Position numbers and translations under genes: made by a program
In this document: piece by piece, positions 57,987 through 64,000 of the stretch
Numbering within the stretch: position 1 is the stretch's first letter
How the letters are laid out: every line of letters starts with the position of its first letter
Source: Blastocatellia bacterium
GTDB lineage: Bacteria > Acidobacteriota > Blastocatellia > UBA7656
Direction of reading: 5' to 3'
Length of the DNA: 64,000 nt
NCBI GenBank assembly: GCA_963765495.1
Contig: CAVXWP010000013.1
Coordinates: 64,001-128,000, forward strand
The notes under the pieces: generated by a model
What the model was told of the DNA's origin: nothing
Databases searched by the model: none
What the model saw: only the letters and a program-made list of their open reading frames with translations

Positions 57987-58052
57987 GCCACCGCAGGCAC
58001 AGAGACACAGAGCTTTTATGAATTTTTCTCTGTGTCTCTGTGCCTCTGTGGC
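57987..58052. repeat. Nonamer-arm palindromic element (CACAGAGRC) between convergent genes
   Basis: GCCACCGCAGGCACAGAGACACAGAG...CTCTGTGTCTCTGTGCCTCTGTGGC. Confidence 0.8.
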
Positions 58053-58067
58053 AAATTTTTGTGTAGG

Positions 58068-58742
58068 TCAATCCGGCGTCTCGCCCGTCTTAAGCGATGA
58101 CGAAGGGCAGAGCGGCTCAACCGAACACTCGCCGCAAAGCGGATTTCGCGCCTTGCACACGTTGCGCCCGTGATAGATCAAAAGATGCGAAAAATCTATC
58201 CAGTCTTTTTTTGGCACCATCTCCATCAAATCGCGCTCGATCTTTTCCGGCTGATCCTGATGGCTAAGACCAAGCCGTCTGGATAACCTCTGAACATGCG
58301 TATCTACAACCACGCCGCTGGCGACACCGAAGGCGTTTCCCATCACTACGTTTGCCGTCTTGCGCGCCACGCCCGGCAGCCCGAGCAAGGATTCAAAATC
58401 ATCAGGCACGCGGCCCGCGAAATTTTCAGAGATCATCCTGCACGCGCCCTGAATTGATTTTGCCTTGTTGCGAAAAAATCCCGTAGAGTGAATGTCCTGT
58501 TCGAGTTCCGACTGCGGCACTCGCAGATAGTCATCACAGTTACGATACTTTCTGAACAACTCGGCGGTGACTTTATTGACGCGCTCGTCCGTGCACTGAG
58601 CCGAAAGTATAGTGGCGATCAGCAGTTCGAGCGGATTCGAATGATTGAGGCTGCATCGCGCCTCGGGATATGTTCGCCTTAGCAGGCGGATTATCTTGCG
58701 AGTTCTCTGTTTCTCTTCCGAATGTGCCAAGTTTCCTCTCAA
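58068..58742 (-). CDS. nth: Endonuclease III
   Basis: LSAQCTD, LPGVARKTANVV, VDTHV and C-X6-C-X2-C-X5-C. Confidence 0.96.
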   Translation of the reverse strand: MRGNLAHSEEKQRTRKIIRLLRRTYPEARCSLNHSNPLELLIATILSAQCTDERVNKVTAELFRKYRNCDDYLRVPQSELEQDIHSTGFFRNKAKSIQGACRMISENFAGRVPDDFESLLGLPGVARKTANVVMGNAFGVASGVVVDTHVQRLSRRLGLSHQDQPEKIERDLMEMVPKKDWIDFSHLLIYHGRNVCKARNPLCGECSVEPLCPSSSLKTGETPD

Positions 58743-58765
58743 CTTTCAAAGTCTCAAATCTCAAA

Positions 58766-60106
58766 TCACTCCCCAAGGTGCGCTCCCATCATCAGTCCCT
58801 CGATCTCTTCAATCGTCTTTGGGACGCGCGCCGACAGCACTTCGCAACCGTTTTCGGTAACCAGCACGTCATCTTCGATTCGCACGCCTATGCCGCGATA
58901 ACGCGGATCAACGTCTTCGGCGTCTTCGGCGATGTAGATTCCGGGCTCGATGGTCATCACCATCCCGGGCGCTAGACGACGCCATTCGTCGGCCACCTTG
59001 TATGGCCCCGCATCGTGGACATCCATCCCCAGCCAGTGACTCGTCCTGTGCATGTAAAACTTCTTGTACTTCTCTTCCTTTATCAGGGTGTCAACATCGC
59101 CTTCAAGCAATCCGACTTCGACCATTCCTTCGACAAGCACCCGCAGCGCCCGCTCGTGCGGTTCGATAAACGTAGCCCCGGGGCGTACGAGGTTTATGGC
59201 TTCCATTTGCGCTTTCAGAACTATGTTGTAAATCGTCTCCTGGTCTTCGGTGAACGTGCCGCTAGCGGGCAGTGTCCTCGTCACATCGCCCGTGTAATAG
59301 CCAAACTCCGTTCCGGCATCTATCAACACGAGATCGCCTTCTTTGATGCGGCGGGTGTTGGTCGTATAGTGCAGGATGGTCGCATTCGGGCCGGAAGCGA
59401 CTATTGTAGGGTAGCCTGCGCGAGGGCTGCCGTTTTTGCGAAAGACATAAAGCAAGGCGGCCTCGAGTTCGTATTCGTAGGTCATCGGGCGGAGCGACCG
59501 CATCGCGGTCAGATGCCCGTCGCACGTAATATCAATCGCGCGGCGCAACAGTTGAAGCTCCTCGTCTGTTTTGACAAGACGCATCTCGTGAAGAATTTCA
59601 GCCGGGTCAATCACGGCATTCGGCCCTGTGCCGTTTCGCTGCCGCTCGCGCTGAAAGCGCCGCATCCAGCCTATCAGCCGTTCGTCGAATGTAGGATCGC
59701 TGCCAAAGCGATAGTAAATACTGTTTGCCTTGGCCGCCAGCTTTGGCAGTTCCTCATCAAGCTTGTCTATGGTGAAGGCGGCGTCGGCCCCGTAGTCGCG
59801 TTTAGCCCCCTCATCGCCCGCGCGCCAGCCGGTCCAGACTTCGCGTTCGCGGTCTTTGGGCTGAACGAAGAGGACGAATTTATGCTCCGGGTGTTCAGGC
59901 GCAAGCACAGCGATTGCGCCCGGTTCCTCAAATCCGGTCAGATAATAAAAATCGGTGTCCTGGCGGTATTCGTGCTCGACATCGCCGTTGCGAAGAAAGG
60001 TGGGCGCGGCCGGGAATATCGCTATGCCGCTACTTATGCGATTCATGAACTCTTCGCGTCTCTGTCTGAGTCTGATCCCGGATGAATTATTTGGAGTGGC
60101 TGTCAT
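58766..60106 (-). CDS. pepP: Xaa-Pro aminopeptidase
   Basis: YRQDTDFYYLTG, ILHY, DAG...GDVTRT, HWLGMDVHD, TIEPG and RIEDD. Confidence 0.93.
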   Translation of the reverse strand: MTATPNNSSGIRLRQRREEFMNRISSGIAIFPAAPTFLRNGDVEHEYRQDTDFYYLTGFEEPGAIAVLAPEHPEHKFVLFVQPKDREREVWTGWRAGDEGAKRDYGADAAFTIDKLDEELPKLAAKANSIYYRFGSDPTFDERLIGWMRRFQRERQRNGTGPNAVIDPAEILHEMRLVKTDEELQLLRRAIDITCDGHLTAMRSLRPMTYEYELEAALLYVFRKNGSPRAGYPTIVASGPNATILHYTTNTRRIKEGDLVLIDAGTEFGYYTGDVTRTLPASGTFTEDQETIYNIVLKAQMEAINLVRPGATFIEPHERALRVLVEGMVEVGLLEGDVDTLIKEEKYKKFYMHRTSHWLGMDVHDAGPYKVADEWRRLAPGMVMTIEPGIYIAEDAEDVDPRYRGIGVRIEDDVLVTENGCEVLSARVPKTIEEIEGLMMGAHLGE

Positions 60107-60240
60107 CTTTCACCTGAACGTCTTCGAAATTTATTTACGCCTGCCTGGGCGCATCAATCGTCCACAGGCATTCATATCCTATCATAATTATTATGCGGCG
60201 GGGCATTCGACCCGTTTTCGCGCGGCCTTCCATCTGTAGC

Positions 60241-60269
60241 TTGACACCCGCCTCCTACGACTATATTTT
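60241..60269 (+). promoter_or_regulatory. Sigma70 promoter positioned for a leaderless transcript
   Basis: TTGACA (60241-60246), 17 nt, TATTTT (60264-60269), ATG 7 nt later with no SD. Confidence 0.55.
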
Positions 60270-60276
60270 CGAAGCG

Positions 60277-61764
60277 ATGCTGGATGATTACAGGCGCGAA
60301 TACACCGATTTCAATTCCGCGTTGATGCGTGAATACTACCTGTTTTATTCGGGACAAAAGGTTGAATTAACGATAGCGCCGATATTTGAGCGTTACAGCG
60401 ATCTGTTCACGAAGGATTCGATAGCGAGGCTCAAGCAATCGCTTGATGAAACGTCGGATCACTTCGAAACTGATCGCGCTGGAATAAATCATTTCCTGAT
60501 CTTTGCGATGGATATATATCTTGCGAACTCGGTTAAGGAGTTGACCGAACAGATCAGCGATATGGAAGCCGGCGCAACTGTCGAATGGATGGATCGAAAG
60601 ATTACCTTTCAGGATTTGATGGGTGTCATCAAAAACGAAGCGGATCGCCCTTCTCGCCGCGAGATTTACAGATTGAGGCTTGCCGTCATCGACTCCTCGA
60701 ACGACCTCAGGGCCGAACGACTCACGCGCCTGCACGAAGGCGCTCGCTCGCTCGGTTACAGCAGTTACACGAAGCTTTATGAGGAGCTATTCAATCTGGA
60801 TTATCGAGCGTTAGCCGAAGCGAGCAAGTCACTGCTCGCGCGCACGGAGGCGGTTTATATCGCGCGGCTCGATGAAGTGGTCCGGCGCTCGCTCGGCATC
60901 ACAGTAGAAGAGGCCGAGCGGTCCGATGCCATGTACTTTCTGCATCTGAACGAATACGACGACCGATTCCCTGCCGACAATTTGTTGCAGGTCTATCGCG
61001 ATACTATGCTCGGGCTGGGGATTGATGTAGACCAGCAGAAAAACATAACCATCGACAGCGAGCCGCGCCCGCGAAAGAACCCGCGAGCCTTCTGTATGCC
61101 TATCACTATTCCGACAGATGTGCGGCTTGTATTACGGCCTATGGGGGGGCAGGCGGATTACCAGGCACTGCTGCACGAAGGAGGACACGCGCAACATTAC
61201 GGGTGGGCTTCGGACGGCTTGCGCCCTGAATTCAAGTACACAGGCGATTACGCGCTCACCGAAACTTACGCATTTTTGTTCAATAACCTGATTTCAGACC
61301 GCGCCTGGCTCGGCCAGTTTCTGAACCTCCGCGACAACGACGAATTTATTCGCTCGGTAATGCTCTCTCGGCTCGTGACGATACGCCGGTACACGGCCAA
61401 GCTGATTTACGAACGCGAACTTCACGAATCCGACGATCTTGGCAAAGCTCCCGCTTTTTACTCTGAGCAACTGACCAGCGCGACTTTTTTTAATACCGAG
61501 CCGACCGAGTTTCTCTCCGACCTCGACGATTCGTTTTATGCAGCCAGTTACCTGCGCGCCTGGGCCTTTGAAGTTGCCTTGCGCGAGCATTTGAAGGAGC
61601 GATTTGGCTCATCGTGGTGGAATTCGCACCGGGCCGGTAATTTCCTCAAAGAGATATGGGAGACAGGCGACCGCTACACGGCTGATGAAATGGCCGGGCA
61701 AATCGGTCTCGGCCCCATCGCATTCGACCTTTTGACAGACGAATTGAACCGGGCTTTGAAATAA
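60277..61764 (+). CDS. M3/M32-like zinc metallopeptidase homolog
   Basis: KNPRAFC, LLHEGGHAQH (HExxH) and downstream TE. Confidence 0.75.
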   Translation: MLDDYRREYTDFNSALMREYYLFYSGQKVELTIAPIFERYSDLFTKDSIARLKQSLDETSDHFETDRAGINHFLIFAMDIYLANSVKELTEQISDMEAGATVEWMDRKITFQDLMGVIKNEADRPSRREIYRLRLAVIDSSNDLRAERLTRLHEGARSLGYSSYTKLYEELFNLDYRALAEASKSLLARTEAVYIARLDEVVRRSLGITVEEAERSDAMYFLHLNEYDDRFPADNLLQVYRDTMLGLGIDVDQQKNITIDSEPRPRKNPRAFCMPITIPTDVRLVLRPMGGQADYQALLHEGGHAQHYGWASDGLRPEFKYTGDYALTETYAFLFNNLISDRAWLGQFLNLRDNDEFIRSVMLSRLVTIRRYTAKLIYERELHESDDLGKAPAFYSEQLTSATFFNTEPTEFLSDLDDSFYAASYLRAWAFEVALREHLKERFGSSWWNSHRAGNFLKEIWETGDRYTADEMAGQIGLGPIAFDLLTDELNRALK

Positions 61765-61796
61765 ACAGGGGTTGAAATAAACAGGGGTTGAAATAA
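61756..61796. repeat. 16-bp tandem repeat x2.5 covering a stop codon
   Basis: TTGAAATAAACAGGGG x2 plus TTGAAATAA. Confidence 0.85.
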
Positions 61797-61817
61797 GAGG
61801 GCAGCGTAGTTTCTATT

Positions 61818-62909
61818 ATGCCGACGATCAATGTCAAACTCGGGGATCGCTCTTACCCAATCGAGATTGCCTCGGGGGCGCTTGCCTGTCTTGGCGCGCA
61901 CGCGCGCGCATCTCTCGGAGAGAAAGCCCGCCGCGCTGTCATAATAACCAATCCGGCGATAGACGGGCTTTACGGCAAACAGGTCACGCGCTCGCTTGCC
62001 CGCGCGGAGTTTCGCCCGCTCAAATTTCTGATAGGAGACGGCGAGCGTTTTAAGTCTCTTCGCACAGCCGAATCGCTTTACACATTTTTGATCGAGCAGC
62101 ACATCGAACGTTCCGATGTGATAGTCGCGCTTGGCGGAGGCGTAACCGGCGATGTGGCGGGATTTGTCGCCGCTACCTATTTGAGAGGCATACGCTTTAT
62201 TCAGGTTCCCACCACGCTGCTTGCGCAAATAGACAGTTCGGTCGGCGGCAAGACGGGTGTCAACCATCCGCTGGGCAAAAATCTGATCGGCGCATTTCAT
62301 CAGCCAAGCCTTGTTGTGATAGACCCGGAAACGCTTGACACATTGCCCGCGCGCGAGATGAGCGCGGGCCTTTACGAAGCCATAAAGTACGGCGTGATAC
62401 GCGACCGCCGCCTGTTTACAAGAATCGCTCGCGACATAGAGGCGCTGAAGCGGTTAGACCCGGAAACGCTTTCATACCTGATAGCGCGTTGTTGCCGGAT
62501 AAAAGCCGATGTGGTCGCCCGCGACGAACGCGAAGGCGGGTTGCGGCGAATATTGAATTTCGGCCACACCGTAGGCCACGCGCTCGAAGCCGTAACCGGC
62601 TATCGCCGCTTCTATCACGGTGAAGCTGTCGGGCACGGAATGCGCGCCGCTTCCCTCATAGCCGAGCAGTTGAATTTACTCTCCTTAAAAGAGCGAAAGA
62701 CCATCGATGATGCCATTTTGAGAATAGGACGGCTGCCAAAAGCAAATAATCTTGCATTAGGTGATATAATTTCAGCGATGGATCGTGACAAGAAGGCCGA
62801 GGCCGGTCGCCTGGCTTTCGTGCTTCCGGTCGAGATTGGCCGGGTCGTGATCAGGTCTGATGTGCCCCTGCGAATTGTACGTTTAGCCCTCAAAGCTTCT
62901 CTGTCCTAG
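61818..62909 (+). CDS. aroB: 3-dehydroquinate synthase
   Basis: GGGVTGD, PTTLLAQIDSSVGGKTG, LNFGHTVGHA, HGEAV and DKK. Confidence 0.97.
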   Translation: MPTINVKLGDRSYPIEIASGALACLGAHARASLGEKARRAVIITNPAIDGLYGKQVTRSLARAEFRPLKFLIGDGERFKSLRTAESLYTFLIEQHIERSDVIVALGGGVTGDVAGFVAATYLRGIRFIQVPTTLLAQIDSSVGGKTGVNHPLGKNLIGAFHQPSLVVIDPETLDTLPAREMSAGLYEAIKYGVIRDRRLFTRIARDIEALKRLDPETLSYLIARCCRIKADVVARDEREGGLRRILNFGHTVGHALEAVTGYRRFYHGEAVGHGMRAASLIAEQLNLLSLKERKTIDDAILRIGRLPKANNLALGDIISAMDRDKKAEAGRLAFVLPVEIGRVVIRSDVPLRIVRLALKASLS

Positions 62910-62959
62910 CCGTCCCCTCAAGGCAGAGAGTGTTCAGCAAGTAATCTGGAGAGACCGTC

Positions 62960-63340
62960 ATGAATAATTCAACAGATACAGGCGCTCGCACAGGCGAGCG
63001 CGGAGCAGTGCGCATAAAAACGCTGCTGATCTTTACGCTGTTGGCTGTCGCTACATTCGCATTGATAAAGATTGCACCCGTCTATGTCGAAGAGCGGCAG
63101 ATGACACACGAAGTTGATGAGATGGCTCGCGTCGCCGCAATTCGCAGTTATAAGGAAGAGAAGATCAACAAGGATATCGAGAAACTGCGCAGAGATTATG
63201 ATATGCCGGAGTCTGCCGTGAATCTCGACCTTCGCGAGAACGGCGTGCGCATTATCGTGAATTACAACAGGACTATTGATTTTCTGGTAACAACCTACAC
63301 CTGGCACATAGACCACACTGCCGTAGGCAAAGAACTCTAA
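62960..63340 (+). CDS. DUF4845-like membrane-anchored protein
   Basis: ERG-hydrophobic helix-PVY pattern. Confidence 0.55.
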   Translation: MNNSTDTGARTGERGAVRIKTLLIFTLLAVATFALIKIAPVYVEERQMTHEVDEMARVAAIRSYKEEKINKDIEKLRRDYDMPESAVNLDLRENGVRIIVNYNRTIDFLVTTYTWHIDHTAVGKEL

Positions 63341-63491
63341 GGCAGTAGGCAGTAGGCAGACGATCAAGACCAAAGCAACAAGCCCGGGAACAGCAAACCA
63401 AGATATGGATATGAGTAGTTGGTATCCGCTTCCGGCACTAATAACTGCCTACTGCCTACTGCTTACTGCTTACTGCCTACTGACCACTGCC
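63341..63491. repeat. Heptamer-arm palindromic element (GCAGTAG family), copy 2
   Basis: Begins immediately after a stop codon; (YTACTGC)x5-6 right arm; loop homologous to the 26589 copy. Confidence 0.85.
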
Positions 63492-63565
63492 CGGCGCGCG
63501 TTGACTCCGTACAGAGCGCGACTCTATGATCTTTAGTAGCAGTCATTATTTCAAGGAGCCACGCT

Positions 63566-64000
63566 GTGCAAGGATTAAAGATCATACGCTTCATTGTCTC
63601 TGTCTCTCTTCTCGTAACCACCCTGTTGCCCGGAGCAGGAAACGCGCAAAGCGGACGGGGACGCCCCAGAGTTTCCGACCGCGAATCAGCGCCACCGCCG
63701 CCGCCGCCCGTGAAAGTGCCCGAAGCCACCGCAGTCGTCAGGAAAGCGCAATCGGGCGAAACGTCGCGATTCGTGCTGGCCAACGGCATGACGGTAATCA
63801 TCAGCGAACAGCACGCCACCCCGCTCGCATCTGCTGTAGCCTATTTCAAGACAGGCACAACCTCGGGCGCTGATAATTCAAGCGGCCTCGCGCGCCTGCT
63901 CCAGGAGATGATCTTTGAAGGCACACCGACCCGCCCGCAGGGCCGCATAACAAGCGACATACGCGCTCTGGGAGGATATATCGGCGCAGATACCCGGCCC
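63566..64000 (+). CDS. M16 (pitrilysin) family protein, 3'-truncated by window edge; not in ORF track
   Basis: Manual translation from GTG 63566 (AAGGAG RBS): signal peptide, RFVLANGMTVII..H..P and GLARLLQEMIFEGT. Confidence 0.8.
   Translation, partial: MQGLKIIRFIVSVSLLVTTLLPGAGNAQSGRGRPRVSDRESAPPPPPPVKVPEATAVVRKAQSGETSRFVLANGMTVIISEQHATPLASAVAYFKTGTTSGADNSSGLARLLQEMIFEGTPTRPQGRITSDIRALGGYIGADTRP

Noticed and set aside
32120-58742. Dedicated DNA-repair or modification island (three glycosylases plus queF)
   Set aside because: Genes are dispersed among housekeeping loci; no dpd genes, so queF with queA fits tRNA queuosine synthesis
59015-60085. 356-aa ORF antisense to pepP and similar long shadow ORFs (e.g. 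28378-29178, 12516-13238)
   Set aside because: Fully overlap well-supported genes on the opposite strand and have no motifs; expected in GC-rich DNA
63526-63873. 115-aa ORF listed in the track
   Set aside because: Wrong frame; the overlapping frame from GTG 63566 encodes a recognisable M16 domain

Overview
Mostly housekeeping and envelope chromosome. Gene content (Acidobacterial-type VWA protein, Oar-like TonB receptor, CarboxypepD_reg/TPR proteins) suggests Acidobacteriota, probably Blastocatellia; this is inference. Genes include murF-ddl, queA, a PerR/Fur-peroxiredoxin-YkuV-like oxidative-stress unit, two HD-GYP c-di-GMP enzymes, an HtrA-family protease, a PIN-domain module, feoAB, tilS-hpt-ftsH, dtd, nadK, queF, nth, pepP and aroB, plus one intact ISAs1-family IS (19-bp TIRs, 10-bp target duplication). 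No rRNA, tRNA or CRISPR array was seen. Most notable: (1) a gene pair in which an extracytoplasmic beta-propeller/Y_Y_Y sensor is fused through one TM helix to a STAND-like P-loop NTPase instead of a histidine kinase, followed by a homologous NTPase fused to a Ser/Thr kinase; (2) many small palindromic elements with arms made of 7- or 9-nt tandem units, two of them inserted in-frame in queA and tilS; (3) CAGGG-ended MITEs; (4) 13-21-nt tandem duplications concentrated at gene starts and stops; (5) a catalytically degenerate Hpt between tilS and ftsH. All calls rest on motif reading, not database searches.
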